The notes under the pieces were generated by a model that saw nothing but the letters and a program-made list of their open reading frames with translations, did no database searches and was not told where the DNA came from. Both the position numbers and the translations under genes were made by a program. Below are positions 31,285 to 42,120 of a stretch of DNA of 64,000 nt, piece after piece (the first letter of the stretch is position 1; every line of letters starts with the position of its first letter). Source of the DNA: Gammaproteobacteria bacterium (lineage in GTDB: Bacteria > Pseudomonadota > Gammaproteobacteria > Magnimaribacterales > AG-339-G14); the NCBI GenBank assembly GCA_004213955.1, contig SGZL01000001.1, positions 43,041 to 107,040 of the forward strand, given 5' to 3'.

Positions 31285-32748
31285 ATGAATGAAGAAATTT
31301 TAATGGTCGCAGAATCGGTTTCTAACGAGAAGGATCTTCCAAAAGATACAATTTTTGAGGCAATAGAACTTGCTTTAGCAAGTGCTGCAAAAAAAAGATA
31401 TGAAAGCGATGTTGATATTAAAGTTTTTATCGATAGAGATACTGGTGATTTTGAAACTTTTAGATGCTGGACCGCTGTTGATTTTGAAGATTATGAAAAC
31501 TCAGAAATTCATATTTTGGCTGATAGCGATCTCGCAGATGAGAAAGGATTAAAAGAAGGTGATATTGATAAAGAACAAATTGAAAACGCCGAATTTGGAA
31601 GAATATCTGCACAAGCTGCAAAACAAGTAATTGTGCAAAAAGTAAGAGATGCTGAGAGGCTTGAAATTATTAAAAGATTTAGACCTTATATTGATACTCT
31701 TGTAAACGGCACTGTAAAAAAAGTTACTCGTGAATTTATAATTGTTGACTTAGGGGATAATGCTGAAGCATCTTTATCAAGAAGAGATTTAGTTCAAGGA
31801 GAAATTTATAGAATAGGAGATCGTATTAAAGGAATTTTAGGAGAGACAGTAAGAGAAAATAGAGGCTCTCAACTAGTTTTAAGCAGAAGCGCAAACGAAA
31901 TGGTTGTGGAATTATTTAAATTAGAAGTTCCAGAAATTGCAGAAGAAGTAATACAAATTAGAGCTGTAGCAAGAGATGCCGGAGCTAGGACCAAAATAGC
32001 TGTCAAAACTAATGATGTAAGAATAGATCCAGTTGGAGCGTGTGTTGGCATGCGAGGGTCAAGGGTTCAAGCCGTTTCTAACGAAATTGGTAGTGAACGA
32101 ATAGATATCGTGGTTTGGGAAGACGATCCTGCAAAACTTTTAATTAATACTTTGTCTCCGGCAGAGGTCACTTCAATAGTTCTTGATGAGGAAAACAGAG
32201 CTATGGAAGTAAAAGTAAAAGATGAAAATTTGGCTTTAGCTATCGGTAGAAATGGTCAAAATATTAGACTTGCTTCAGAGCTAATAGGTTGGCAAATCCA
32301 AATCGGAGGAGAAAATGATGATTTAAGAGTCGATGATTCTCCAGAAAATGCTTTGATTAAATTTATGGGAGTCGATAGCGATTTAGCTGAAAAACTGATA
32401 GAAAACGGTTTTGATACAGTTCAGAAAATATCCGAATCTTCTAAAGAGGACCTGGAACAGATAGAGGAAATTGATACTGACATTTCAGAGGCTTTACTAG
32501 AAAGGTCAGAAGCTGCTCTCTTAGAATTGGCTTTGTCGGATATAGAAAACGAAGAATCTAAAGACAATACTTTAGAGAGTATTGAATTGTTAGATATAGA
32601 TCTTATTGAAAAATTAAAAAGTAATAGCATAACTTCCAAAGAAGAGCTTGCTGATCTAGCTTCAGATGAATTAATGCCAATTTTAGAAATATCTGAAGAT
32701 CAGGCGGGTGAAATAATAATGGCTGCAAGGGCAGATTGGTTTGATTAA
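31285..32748 (+). CDS. nusA: transcription termination/antitermination factor NusA
   Basis: FGRISAQAAKQ, S1 and KH domains, GACVGMRGSRVQ, AR repeats, AARADWF end. Confidence 0.97.
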   Translation: MNEEILMVAESVSNEKDLPKDTIFEAIELALASAAKKRYESDVDIKVFIDRDTGDFETFRCWTAVDFEDYENSEIHILADSDLADEKGLKEGDIDKEQIENAEFGRISAQAAKQVIVQKVRDAERLEIIKRFRPYIDTLVNGTVKKVTREFIIVDLGDNAEASLSRRDLVQGEIYRIGDRIKGILGETVRENRGSQLVLSRSANEMVVELFKLEVPEIAEEVIQIRAVARDAGARTKIAVKTNDVRIDPVGACVGMRGSRVQAVSNEIGSERIDIVVWEDDPAKLLINTLSPAEVTSIVLDEENRAMEVKVKDENLALAIGRNGQNIRLASELIGWQIQIGGENDDLRVDDSPENALIKFMGVDSDLAEKLIENGFDTVQKISESSKEDLEQIEEIDTDISEALLERSEAALLELALSDIENEESKDNTLESIELLDIDLIEKLKSNSITSKEELADLASDELMPILEISEDQAGEIIMAARADWFD

Positions 32749-32754
32749 AAATTT

Positions 32755-35070
32755 ATGAAAATAATTCAAGTCGCTAAGGCAATAGGTTACTCTCCTGAGG
32801 ATCTTTTGGATCAGATTAAGGCTGCAGGTTTGTTGCATAAAAATGTGGAAGATGAAATCTCAAATGAAGATAAAAAAACTCTTTTAAATTTCATCAAATC
32901 TTCGAAAAAATCTTCTAAAAAAACAATTTCACTAAAAAAAACCTCAAAAGAAACAAGCAATACTAAAATATCAATTACTCGTCTCAATCAAAGTAAAAAG
33001 TCAGATAATTTAGAAATTTCTAAAGATTTTTCTGGAACTATTGATTTTGATGATGCAGAAAAAAAGAGAATTTCTGCAGAGAAATCTAGCGAATTAAAAA
33101 GAAATCAAAATGCTGATGAAAAAAATAAAAATAACGTAGTAAGAAGAGTTAAAAAAACTGATGCTCCAAAAAAACAGATTAGACCTGCGGCTGTTAAAAA
33201 AACATCTTTTGCTCAAGATGATAATAAAAAACAAAAAAGAGAACTTGAAGGTGAAAAATACTTAGAAACTAAATTATCATCAAATGTCCAAAACTTTGAA
33301 AAACCTAATGAATTTGTTCAAAAAGAAGTAAAAATTCCTGATTTCATTTCTGTCGCCAATTTGGCTAAGTCTTTATCAATAAAATCTTCAGAGTTAATAA
33401 AATCTTTAATGAATAATGGCGTCATGGTTACCTTAAACCAAACCATCGATCAAGAAACTGCTCTCCTAGTGATAGAGGAACTTGGACATATTGGAATTCC
33501 ACTAGATGAAAATAAAGATGAAGAGAATTTGATTGAAAACCTTACTTATGAAGGCGAGGAACAAGTAAGGGACCCGGTGGTTTCTGTTCTAGGACATGTT
33601 GACCATGGAAAGACTTCAATTCTTGACTACATAAGAAAATCCACTGTTGCTGATTCTGAAGAAGGCGGAATAACGCAAGGTATTGGAGCTTATCAGACTA
33701 TTCATGAAAAAAAATTAATAACATTTATTGATACACCTGGGCATGCAGCCTTTTCTCAAATGCGTGCTAGAGGCGCAAATTCCACAGATATTGTAATTTT
33801 AGTAGTTGCTGCTGACGATAGTGTGCAACCGCAGACTCAAGAAGCCTATGATCATGCAAAAGCAGCAGGAGTTGAAATTATTGTTGCTATAAATAAAGTA
33901 GATAAACCAGAAGCGGACGTAGAGAAAGTAAAAGGTGACTTGTCTGCAATCGGCCTTACTCCAGAAGATTGGGGAGGAGATGTGCAAATGATTCCAGTTT
34001 CTGCTAGTTCAGGAGAAGGAATTTCGGATCTTCTTGATAGTATTATTCTTGTATCAGAGGTTTTGGAGTTGAAAACAAATCACGAAGGCCCTGCTGCAGG
34101 AATTGTTCTCGAATCAGGAGTAAAAAAAGGCGAAGGAGCTGTAGCAACCTTATTAGTGAAAAAGGGCACACTAAAAACTGGAGATTTAATACTCGTTGGA
34201 GATCAATATAGGAAAATTAGAAGTTTAAAAAACTTTTTAGAAGAAAATATCGATAGCGCTCCTCCTTCGCATCCTGCTTTTATATCTGGTCTAGAATATT
34301 CTCCAAATGCTGGAGATGAATTTATAGTTGTAAAAGATGAAAAAGCTGCAAAAGCTCTCTCCGAAAATAGAGCAAAAAAAATAAGAGATAAAAGGCTGGC
34401 TCAAAGAAGCGGTGTAGCTAATGAAAATTTATTTGCTAATGTTGCAGAAGGTGCCAAACCCTCGGTAAATTTAATCATTAAATCCGATACTAATGGTTCT
34501 CTTGAAGCGCTAGTTGGCGCGATTACAAATTTAAAAGTAGAAGAGGTTAATATAAAAATAGTTTTAGATGCTGTTGGACCAATTTCAGAAAACGACGTGA
34601 ATTTAGCGATAGCCTCAGAAGCATCAATTTTTGGATTCAATGTTAGGGCAGATTCAGCAGCTGGTAATCTCGCTGAGGAAGAAGGTATTTCTATAAAGTA
34701 CTTTGGAATAATTTACGATTTGATTGATGAAATAAAATCAACCATCGAAGGTTCTCTAAGTCCAGAAATTAAAGAAAGTATTAAAGGAATTGCATTAGTA
34801 AAAGATGTCTTTAAGTCACCAAAATTTGGAGCCGTTGCTGGCTCTGTTGTTGAAGAGGGGACAATCTCATCTAAGATGAACGTTAGAGTTCTTAGAGACA
34901 ATATTGTAATTCATGAAGGAATTTTAGACTCGTTGAGACGATTCAAAGATGAAGCTAAAGAGGTAAAGTCTGGAACTGAATGTGGAATTGGCATTTTTAA
35001 CTATTCTGATATAAAAATTGGAGACAGAATAGAAGTTTTCGAAAGAGAAGAAATAAAGCGAAGATTATAA
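32755..35070 (+). CDS. infB: translation initiation factor IF-2
   Basis: GHVDHGKTS, DTPGHAAF, NKVD, LRRFKD, ECGIG. Confidence 0.97.
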   Translation: MKIIQVAKAIGYSPEDLLDQIKAAGLLHKNVEDEISNEDKKTLLNFIKSSKKSSKKTISLKKTSKETSNTKISITRLNQSKKSDNLEISKDFSGTIDFDDAEKKRISAEKSSELKRNQNADEKNKNNVVRRVKKTDAPKKQIRPAAVKKTSFAQDDNKKQKRELEGEKYLETKLSSNVQNFEKPNEFVQKEVKIPDFISVANLAKSLSIKSSELIKSLMNNGVMVTLNQTIDQETALLVIEELGHIGIPLDENKDEENLIENLTYEGEEQVRDPVVSVLGHVDHGKTSILDYIRKSTVADSEEGGITQGIGAYQTIHEKKLITFIDTPGHAAFSQMRARGANSTDIVILVVAADDSVQPQTQEAYDHAKAAGVEIIVAINKVDKPEADVEKVKGDLSAIGLTPEDWGGDVQMIPVSASSGEGISDLLDSIILVSEVLELKTNHEGPAAGIVLESGVKKGEGAVATLLVKKGTLKTGDLILVGDQYRKIRSLKNFLEENIDSAPPSHPAFISGLEYSPNAGDEFIVVKDEKAAKALSENRAKKIRDKRLAQRSGVANENLFANVAEGAKPSVNLIIKSDTNGSLEALVGAITNLKVEEVNIKIVLDAVGPISENDVNLAIASEASIFGFNVRADSAAGNLAEEEGISIKYFGIIYDLIDEIKSTIEGSLSPEIKESIKGIALVKDVFKSPKFGAVAGSVVEEGTISSKMNVRVLRDNIVIHEGILDSLRRFKDEAKEVKSGTECGIGIFNYSDIKIGDRIEVFEREEIKRRL

Positions 35071-35379
35071 TTGTTTAAGTCTACACCCTTCAAAAGGTCA
35101 CAAAGAGTAAGCGATCTTATAAGAAAAGAAGTTGCCAATATATTTCTGTTTGAGTTAAAAGACCCAAGGCTTAAAAATATAACTATAAGCAGAGTTGAAA
35201 TGAGTGACGATCTCTCAAATGCAACAATCTTTTATTTTTCTAATTTTCTTGATACTAATAAAAGTGAAATTAATAAAGTTTTAGATAAAAGCAATGGTTT
35301 TATAAAGTCAACACTTGGAAAACGACTTAGTCTGAAAAAAATACCAAAATTATTTTTTAAGGAAGAGATTGATGCTTAA
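35071..35379 (+). CDS. rbfA: ribosome-binding factor A
   Basis: RSQRVSDLIRKEV, LKDPRL, EMSDDLS, KKIPKLFF; infB-rbfA-truB order. Confidence 0.88.
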   Translation: MFKSTPFKRSQRVSDLIRKEVANIFLFELKDPRLKNITISRVEMSDDLSNATIFYFSNFLDTNKSEINKVLDKSNGFIKSTLGKRLSLKKIPKLFFKEEIDA

Positions 35380-36262
35380 TGGAGCTTTAATCTTAAATAA
35401 ACCAAGTGGAGTATCATCAGGAGTTTTTTCTCGTAAAGTAAAAAAACTACTAACTCATAAAGAAAAAGTTGGACATGCTGGAACCTTAGATCCTTTGGCA
35501 AGTGGGATTCTAATAGTATGCATCGGACAAATGACAAAATTTATAAATTATCTTACTAAAGAAAGAAAAACCTATATTGTCGAAATTACCGTTGGTATGA
35601 AAACATCCACAGGTGATACTGATGGAGAAATTATAAAACTCTCAAAAAAAATACCTTCTAAAGAAGAATTTAAGAAAGAAATAAAAATTTTTTTAGGAGA
35701 TATCGATCAAAAACCCCCGATTTTTTCATCTCTAAAATACAAAGGTAAACCTTACAGATATTATGCTAAGAAAGGTATTCCAATCCCAATCAATGAAAGA
35801 AAGGTAAGAATTGAAAATATAAAAATTATTTCTCTACTAGAAAATAAGTTAAAACTTAAGGTAGATTGTGGTCCTGGAACTTATATTCGTTCTTTAGCAG
35901 AAGACATTTGTGAAAATCTAGGCGCTCTTGGTTCTGTTTCTAGTTTAGTTAGAATAAAATCTGCAGGATTTCAAATAAAAAATAGCTTTGAATTGGATCA
36001 AATAACCAAGGAAAATATAGATAGAAAAATTATTTCTCCAGGGGATGCACTTAGTGCTTTAGATAGGATACAATGCCGACCAGAAATAGTAGAAAAAATA
36101 ACTAATGGCCAAGCAATAGAAATGGAAAGGGCCAAGGAAAACGGATTCTTTAGACTTTTTGATAAACACGAAAATTTTTTAGGAATAGTTGAAAGTTATG
36201 AAGGGTTTTTGAAACCCAAAAGATTACTAGGTAATTTTAACAAAATTGGAGATAGCTCTTGA
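35372..36262 (+). CDS. truB: tRNA pseudouridine(55) synthase
   Basis: [30 protein letters not shown]. Confidence 0.93.
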   Translation: MLNGALILNKPSGVSSGVFSRKVKKLLTHKEKVGHAGTLDPLASGILIVCIGQMTKFINYLTKERKTYIVEITVGMKTSTGDTDGEIIKLSKKIPSKEEFKKEIKIFLGDIDQKPPIFSSLKYKGKPYRYYAKKGIPIPINERKVRIENIKIISLLENKLKLKVDCGPGTYIRSLAEDICENLGALGSVSSLVRIKSAGFQIKNSFELDQITKENIDRKIISPGDALSALDRIQCRPEIVEKITNGQAIEMERAKENGFFRLFDKHENFLGIVESYEGFLKPKRLLGNFNKIGDSS

Positions 36263-36528
36263 GCTTAAATTTAGAAAAAAAGGGTGAAGTTATTAAACAG
36301 TTCGCTAGATCTGATACAGACACTGGTTCGCCAGAGGTGCAAATTGCACTTTTAACTGAAAATATTCTTGCATTGCAAAATCATTTTGAAGATCATCACA
36401 AAGATCATCATTCTCGTCAGGGATTAATAAGAATGGTTAATAAGAGAAGAAAACTTTTAGACTACTTAAAAAAGAAAGATAATTCTAAGTACAGTAGGAT
36501 TCTTAAAGAGCTAAATCTTAGAAAATAA
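36259..36528 (+). CDS. rpsO: 30S ribosomal protein S15
   Basis: [28 protein letters not shown]; TTG start overlapping the truB stop. Confidence 0.96.
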   Translation: MSLNLEKKGEVIKQFARSDTDTGSPEVQIALLTENILALQNHFEDHHKDHHSRQGLIRMVNKRRKLLDYLKKKDNSKYSRILKELNLRK

Positions 36529-36552
36529 AAAAAATTAAATCACAAAATTAAT

Positions 36553-38655
36553 ATGGATAATGAAAAAATTATATCCTGTAAAAAGACTATTGCAGGAAAA
36601 GAAGTTTCTTTGGAAACTGGTAAAATAGCAAGACAAGCAACTTCTTCAGTAATTGCTACTTCTGGAGATACCCAAGTGTTAGTCACAGTTGTCGCAGGAG
36701 GACAAAAAGAAGGTCAAAGTTTTTTCCCGTTGACTGTAAATTATATTGAAAAATTTTATGCAGCAGGAAAAATTCCAGGCAGCTTTTTTCGAAGAGAGGG
36801 CAGGCCTTCTGAAGGTGAAGTTCTTACTTCAAGACTTATAGACAGACCTATAAGGCCACTCTTTCCAAAAGGTTATACTCAAGAAGTTCAGGTAGTTTGT
36901 ACTGTCTTATCAATGGATAAAGACGACACAGCGGATATAATTTCTTTAATAGGTGTGTCTGCTGCTTTGCAATTATCAGGATTACCATTTCAAGGACCTT
37001 TGTCAGCAGCCAAGGTTGGTTTTGTAGATGGAAATTACGTACTAAATCCTTCTTTGAGTGAATTGGAAAACTCAAAGTTAGATATGGTCATTGCTGGTTC
37101 GACTGATGCTGTTTTCATGGTCGAGTCTGAGGCTAAAGAATTAACTGAAGATCAAATGTTGGGAGCAATCTTATTTGCGCAACAAGAAATGAAACCAAGT
37201 TTAGATTTAATTGAAGAGCTTGTTTCACAAGTTGAAGTTGAACCTATTGAGTATTCTATAGAAGAAGAAGACAAAGACTTAATGGATATGGTTTCAAATT
37301 CTGTTAGTTCTAAAATTGAAGAGGCGTATCAAATTCCAGAAAAAGCATTAAGACAACAAGCCGTTGCTGATGCTAGGGAATATCTGTCAGATCAATTCGA
37401 CGACGAGGATGAAGAAAAATTAGATAAAGCAAAAAACTACTTTAAATCTTTAGAATCTTCAATTGTAAGAACACGTCTTCTCAAAGGATTACCAAGAATT
37501 GATGGAAGAGATTTGGATACTGTTAGACCTATATCTATTGAGACAGGTTTTTTGAAGCAAGCTCACGGTTCAGCTCTTTTTACTAGAGGAGAGACTCAAT
37601 CAATTGGAGTAGCAACAATAGACTCTCTTAAACTTTCTCAATTGCTAGATACGCTCCACGGAGATACTAAAGATCCTTTTATGCTACATTATAATTTTCC
37701 TCCTTATTCTGTTGGTGAAGCAGGAATGATTGGTAGCCCTAAACGAAGAGAAATAGGACATGGAAAGCTTGCCAGAAGAGCTCTTGAAGCAGTTCTCCCT
37801 AATCCACAAGAATTTGAATATGCCATCAGAGTAGTTTCAGAGATCACCGAATCGAATGGATCTAGTTCAATGGCTACAGTTTGCTCTTCAAGCCTGGCGA
37901 TGATGGATGCAGGAATTCCTTTGAAAAAAGCTGTTGCAGGAGTTGCTATGGGTCTTGTAAAGAGCGAAGAAGATCATTGTGTCATTACTGATATTCTTGG
38001 AGATGAAGATCATTTAGGCGATATGGATTTTAAAGTCGCTGGAACTTCTGATGGTGTCACTGCTTTGCAAATGGATATAAAAATAGCGGGCATAAACGAA
38101 AAGATTCTTCAGGATGCTTTAAATAAAGCTAACACTGCTAGATCTCATATTCTGCAGGAAATGTCTAAAGTTCTAAATGAATCAAGACCTGAGTTATCAG
38201 ATTTAGCTCCTCAAGCAATAAAAACATCTATTCCAAAAAATAAAATTGGAGAAGTTATTGGTAAAGGTGGCAGCACAATAAAAAGCATTACAGAAAAAAC
38301 TGATACAAATATTGATATTAGCGACAATGGAGACATAAAAATTTACGGTAGAAGTAAAGAATCAAGACAAGAGGCTTTGGATATTATTGAATCGATGATT
38401 TCTGATCCTGAAGTAGGTTTAATCTGTGTTGGTACTGTAGTAAAGATTGTCGATTTTGGAGCTTTCGTTTCATTTGATAATGGGAAAGAAGGATTAGTGC
38501 ATATCTCAGAAATTGCTGAAGAAAGAGTTAAAAACGTAAAAGATTATCTTGTCGAGGGAGAGGAAGTCGATATTAAAGTAATTGGCGTAGATAACCGTGG
38601 AAAAGTTAAGCTAAGTATGAAAGCAGTTAGTAACGATCCTGAAAATACTGATTAA
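36553..38655 (+). CDS. pnp: polyribonucleotide nucleotidyltransferase
   Basis: FFPLTVNY, SRLIDRPIRP, RREIGHG, DHLGDMDFKVAG, KH and S1. Confidence 0.98.
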   Translation: MDNEKIISCKKTIAGKEVSLETGKIARQATSSVIATSGDTQVLVTVVAGGQKEGQSFFPLTVNYIEKFYAAGKIPGSFFRREGRPSEGEVLTSRLIDRPIRPLFPKGYTQEVQVVCTVLSMDKDDTADIISLIGVSAALQLSGLPFQGPLSAAKVGFVDGNYVLNPSLSELENSKLDMVIAGSTDAVFMVESEAKELTEDQMLGAILFAQQEMKPSLDLIEELVSQVEVEPIEYSIEEEDKDLMDMVSNSVSSKIEEAYQIPEKALRQQAVADAREYLSDQFDDEDEEKLDKAKNYFKSLESSIVRTRLLKGLPRIDGRDLDTVRPISIETGFLKQAHGSALFTRGETQSIGVATIDSLKLSQLLDTLHGDTKDPFMLHYNFPPYSVGEAGMIGSPKRREIGHGKLARRALEAVLPNPQEFEYAIRVVSEITESNGSSSMATVCSSSLAMMDAGIPLKKAVAGVAMGLVKSEEDHCVITDILGDEDHLGDMDFKVAGTSDGVTALQMDIKIAGINEKILQDALNKANTARSHILQEMSKVLNESRPELSDLAPQAIKTSIPKNKIGEVIGKGGSTIKSITEKTDTNIDISDNGDIKIYGRSKESRQEALDIIESMISDPEVGLICVGTVVKIVDFGAFVSFDNGKEGLVHISEIAEERVKNVKDYLVEGEEVDIKVIGVDNRGKVKLSMKAVSNDPENTD

Positions 38656-38658
38656 TAT

Positions 38659-38735
38659 TGGTGGCTATGCTTGGACTTGAACCAAGGACCTCAGCATTAT
38701 GAATGCTGCGCTCTAACCAGCTGAGCTACATAGCC
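38659..38735 (-). tRNA. elongator tRNA-Met(CAT)
   Basis: Reverse complement GGCTATGTAGCTCAGCTGGTTAGAGC...TCATAA...CATAGCCACCA. Acceptor stem resembles E. coli Met-m rather than Ile2. Confidence 0.92.
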
Positions 38736-38743
38736 GAAAGTGG

Positions 38744-38772
38744 ATTCTCTTTTTGATCAATTGCTTTGTCAA
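38744..38772 (-). promoter_or_regulatory. sigma70-type promoter for tRNA-Met
   Basis: Minus strand TTGACA-17 bp-GAGAAT, 8 nt before the tRNA. Confidence 0.65.
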
Positions 38773-38775
38773 GTT

Positions 38776-39861
38776 TTAAACGTTGAATCTAAATAAAATT
38801 ACGTCGCCTTCGTTGACAACATATTCTGATCCTTCCGAACGTAATTTTCCTGCGATTTTAGCTCCTTGATCTCCTTGGTAAGCAATAAAATCTTCAAAAC
38901 TTATAACTTCAGCTCTTATAAAACCTTTTTGAAAATCCGTGTGAATTACTCCAGCAGCTTCAGGAGCTAGAGAACCTTTTTTAAGTATCCAAGATTTTAC
39001 TTCTTTTTCACCAGCTGTAAAAAAAGTTCCTAGACCTAGACTATTGTATGAAGTCTTTATTAATTTCTCTAAAGCTGGTTGAACAATACCCATCTCTTCT
39101 AAGAAAGTTTTCTTTTCGTTTTGTTCTAATTCAGAAATTTCTGCTTCAAGTTTTATTGATAAAGGAATGAACTCTGAATTCTCCTTTAAGGCTTTATCTT
39201 TTAACTTTTTGTATTGCTCTTCATTTTTATCTTCATCAATATTAGCTACGTATATAAAAGGTTTTAGACAAATTAAATTATATTCTTTCAAATATTTCTT
39301 TTTTTCTTCTGATAATTTCAGTATTTCTTTCTTATTTGACTCTCCTACAAGCTCTATAACTTCTTCAACTATAGTCAGTTTCTCTTTAGCAAATTTATCT
39401 AGTTGAGAATTTTTTCTATTAAGATTTGATTGAATCTTTTGAAGAATATCTAGATCTGCAAGCATCAATTCAGTTTCAATAATTTCAACATCTGAAATAG
39501 GATCAACCTGATCATTGACGTGAACAATATTCTCGTTCTCAAAACATCTAACAACTTGAATAATTGTTTGGGTTTCACGAATATGCGAAAGGAAAGTATT
39601 TCCTAAGCCTTCTCCTTTTGAAGCTCCTTCTACAAGACCTGCAATATCAACAAATTCAACGCTAGCAGGTATTATTTTTTCAGGGTTAATAATTTTCGCC
39701 AATTGCTCTAATCTTTCATCTGGGACTTCAACAATTCCCAAATTAGGCTCAATAGTACAAAAAGGATAATTTTCTGCATCTATTTTTGAATTTGTTAAAG
39801 CATTGAATAGGGTAGATTTTCCAACATTTGGAAGTCCCACAATTCCACACTTAAGAGACAT
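38776..39861 (-). CDS. ychF: redox-regulated ATPase YchF (start at ATG 39861)
   Basis: CGIVGLPNVGKST, YPFCTIEPN, DIAGLV, TGS domain; TAATG coupling with pth. Confidence 0.96.
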   Translation of the reverse strand: MSLKCGIVGLPNVGKSTLFNALTNSKIDAENYPFCTIEPNLGIVEVPDERLEQLAKIINPEKIIPASVEFVDIAGLVEGASKGEGLGNTFLSHIRETQTIIQVVRCFENENIVHVNDQVDPISDVEIIETELMLADLDILQKIQSNLNRKNSQLDKFAKEKLTIVEEVIELVGESNKKEILKLSEEKKKYLKEYNLICLKPFIYVANIDEDKNEEQYKKLKDKALKENSEFIPLSIKLEAEISELEQNEKKTFLEEMGIVQPALEKLIKTSYNSLGLGTFFTAGEKEVKSWILKKGSLAPEAAGVIHTDFQKGFIRAEVISFEDFIAYQGDQGAKIAGKLRSEGSEYVVNEGDVILFRFNV

Positions 39862-40436
39862 TATTTCGAGTGAAGTTTGTTCACGGCTTTTTCCCAATTA
39901 TTTGAAATTACGTCCTCAATAATTTCTATTCCTGAAGATATTGCCATTTTTCTTTCGTGGATTTCTTTTTTAGTTCCTTTTTTTACAACATAGTCATTAA
40001 CCTGTTTAGAATCACCAGGATGACCAATTCCTATTCTCATTCTTAAAAAATCTTTATTTCCACCCAAATTTTCAATAATACTTTTCAATCCATTATGTCC
40101 TCCGTCACCTCCGTATTTCTTGAGCTTGCATGAACCTGATGGCAAGTCCAAATCATCATGAATTATCAAGACATTATTGATATTAAGATTATATTTCTTT
40201 AAAGCTGGTTTCAAAGCGTTACCACTGTTATTCATAAAAACATCAGGAATTAAGAGATAAACACTTATAGCATCAAGTCTGTAAATGGATACTCTAGCCT
40301 TTACGGATTTAACTTCTTTAAATTTTAAATTCCACTTCTTTGAAAGCGCCTCAATAAAGTCAATTCCAGCGTTGTGACGCGTGCTAGCGTACCTAGCACC
40401 TGGGTTTCCCAGGCCAGCAATTAAAAATTTTTCCAT
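39861..40436 (-). CDS. pth: peptidyl-tRNA hydrolase
   Basis: GLGNPG..Y..TRHNAG, FMNNSG, HDDLD, GGHNGL, RIGIGHP. Confidence 0.96.
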   Translation of the reverse strand: MEKFLIAGLGNPGARYASTRHNAGIDFIEALSKKWNLKFKEVKSVKARVSIYRLDAISVYLLIPDVFMNNSGNALKPALKKYNLNINNVLIIHDDLDLPSGSCKLKKYGGDGGHNGLKSIIENLGGNKDFLRMRIGIGHPGDSKQVNDYVVKKGTKKEIHERKMAISSGIEIIEDVISNNWEKAVNKLHSK

Positions 40437-41131
40437 TAAGAATTTTCTTCTTCGGTATCCTTATCGGCATCTGAAGAATCTTCTTTTGGATCTTCCTCGC
40501 CCAATGCAGCTTCGGAAATTTCTCCTTCAACATCTTCTTCAATTTCAAGAGAAGCTCTTGTGGTGCTACAAGAGACAATTGGTTGATCTTGACCTGTCAA
40601 AAGAGTATTTGATAAATCTACCCCTTCAGGCAGAGCAAGCCCAGTTTGCATTATAGAGTTTCCTAATTTCAATTCAGCAACATCTACCTCAATAAATTCA
40701 GGTAAATTTTCTGCAAGACAAGTAAGCTCAATATCATTTTTATTTTTCGAAATCATTCCACCTTCATTTTTGACGCCAAAACATGCATCTTCGTTAATAA
40801 ACTTAATAGGAACTTGCATGGTAATCTTAGTTTTTGACGAGACTCTCATAAAGTCTACATGAACTGGTTTATCATTTGATGGATTAATTTGAACTTCCTT
40901 GAGGATAACTTTGTGAGATTCTTCATTTTGCTGAAGGACTATTATCTGAGAAAAGATGCTCGGTAATTCTAATGCTTTGCGAAGGTCTTTTGCCTGAAGA
41001 GAAATTTTTCTTGTATCTTCTCCTGCGCCATAGACAACACCTGGAATATCTCCTAGATTTCTTATTTTATTAGCAGAAAGCTTTTGTTTTTCTGATAAGT
41101 ATTCGAATTCTAATATCGTTTGATCTGTCAT
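40436..41131 (-). CDS. rplY: 50S ribosomal protein L25/Ctc (long form, acidic tail)
   Basis: IPGVVYG, HVDFMR, VPIKF, LPEFIEVD; prs-rplY-pth order. Confidence 0.92.
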   Translation of the reverse strand: MTDQTILEFEYLSEKQKLSANKIRNLGDIPGVVYGAGEDTRKISLQAKDLRKALELPSIFSQIIVLQQNEESHKVILKEVQINPSNDKPVHVDFMRVSSKTKITMQVPIKFINEDACFGVKNEGGMISKNKNDIELTCLAENLPEFIEVDVAELKLGNSIMQTGLALPEGVDLSNTLLTGQDQPIVSCSTTRASLEIEEDVEGEISEAALGEEDPKEDSSDADKDTEEENS

Positions 41132-41139
41132 TTGTTACC

Positions 41140-42096
41140 TCAAAGAAACATTGCACTCACTGATTCTTCTTTATTAACTCTGTTGATTGCTTCAGCAATA
41201 GTTTTTTCAAGAGAAATAATTTTTATCTTTTTCAATTTTGAAGCTTCTTTTGAAAGCGGGATTGTATCAGTCACAATAATTTCGTCTAGACCTGATTTTT
41301 CAATTCTTTCAAGAGCAGGTCCTGATAGAACAGGATGCGTTGCATAGGATATTACTTTTTTAGCTCCAGATTCTTTGAGTGCTTCTGCTGCATTACATAT
41401 TGTTCCTGCAGTATCAACAATGTCATCAACTAAAACACATGTCTTATTTTGTACATCGCCAATAACATTCATAACCTGAGATTGATTATCTTTTTCCCTT
41501 CTTTTATCAATAATTGCTAAATCAGCATCGTTTAAGAGTTTTGCTAAAGCTCTTGCTCTGACAACTCCTCCAACATCTGGAGAAACTATAATCAAATTTT
41601 CATAGTTTGCTTTATTGATATGTTCATAAGTTACATTTGTTCCATAAATATTATCTACAGGAACATTGAAAAACCCTTGAATTTGGTCTGAATGAAGTTC
41701 AATAGTTAATATTCTGTCTGCTCCAGCATTTTGGAGCATTTCTGCAACTAATTTTGCACTAATTGGAACTCTCTCGGATCTAACCCGACGATCTTGTCTG
41801 GCATAACCAAAATATGGAATTACGGCTGTTATTCTCGACGCAGAAGACCTTCTAAGTGCATCGATCATAATTAATAGCTCCATTAAATTCTCATTAGCTG
41901 GATAACAGGTTGATTGAATTATGAAAACATCCATTCCTCTGACATGCTCGTCTATTCTTACATTAAGCTCATCATCGCTAAACCTGCCTACGAAGGCATC
42001 CCCTAAGCCTTTTCCTAATTCTTTTGCTACTCTTTCTGAAAGAGAAATATTAGAAGTTCCTGTAAAGAGTACTAAATTGTTATTTTGATCAGTCAT
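41140..42096 (-). CDS. prs: ribose-phosphate pyrophosphokinase (start at ATG 42096)
   Basis: [33 protein letters not shown]. The longer ORF call runs through the tRNA. Confidence 0.96.
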   Translation of the reverse strand: MTDQNNNLVLFTGTSNISLSERVAKELGKGLGDAFVGRFSDDELNVRIDEHVRGMDVFIIQSTCYPANENLMELLIMIDALRRSSASRITAVIPYFGYARQDRRVRSERVPISAKLVAEMLQNAGADRILTIELHSDQIQGFFNVPVDNIYGTNVTYEHINKANYENLIIVSPDVGGVVRARALAKLLNDADLAIIDKRREKDNQSQVMNVIGDVQNKTCVLVDDIVDTAGTICNAAEALKESGAKKVISYATHPVLSGPALERIEKSGLDEIIVTDTIPLSKEASKLKKIKIISLEKTIAEAINRVNKEESVSAMFL

Positions 42097-42120
42097 CTTT
42101 CTATTTTTGTTAATCACCAA

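Noticed and set aside
38659-38735. CAT tRNA as tRNA-Ile2 (TilS substrate)
   Set aside because: Acceptor stem GGCTATG/CATAGCC and D-arm match elongator Met rather than Ile2
41117-42096. prs and rplY both begin MTDQ
   Set aside because: Only four residues, with differing codons; most likely coincidence
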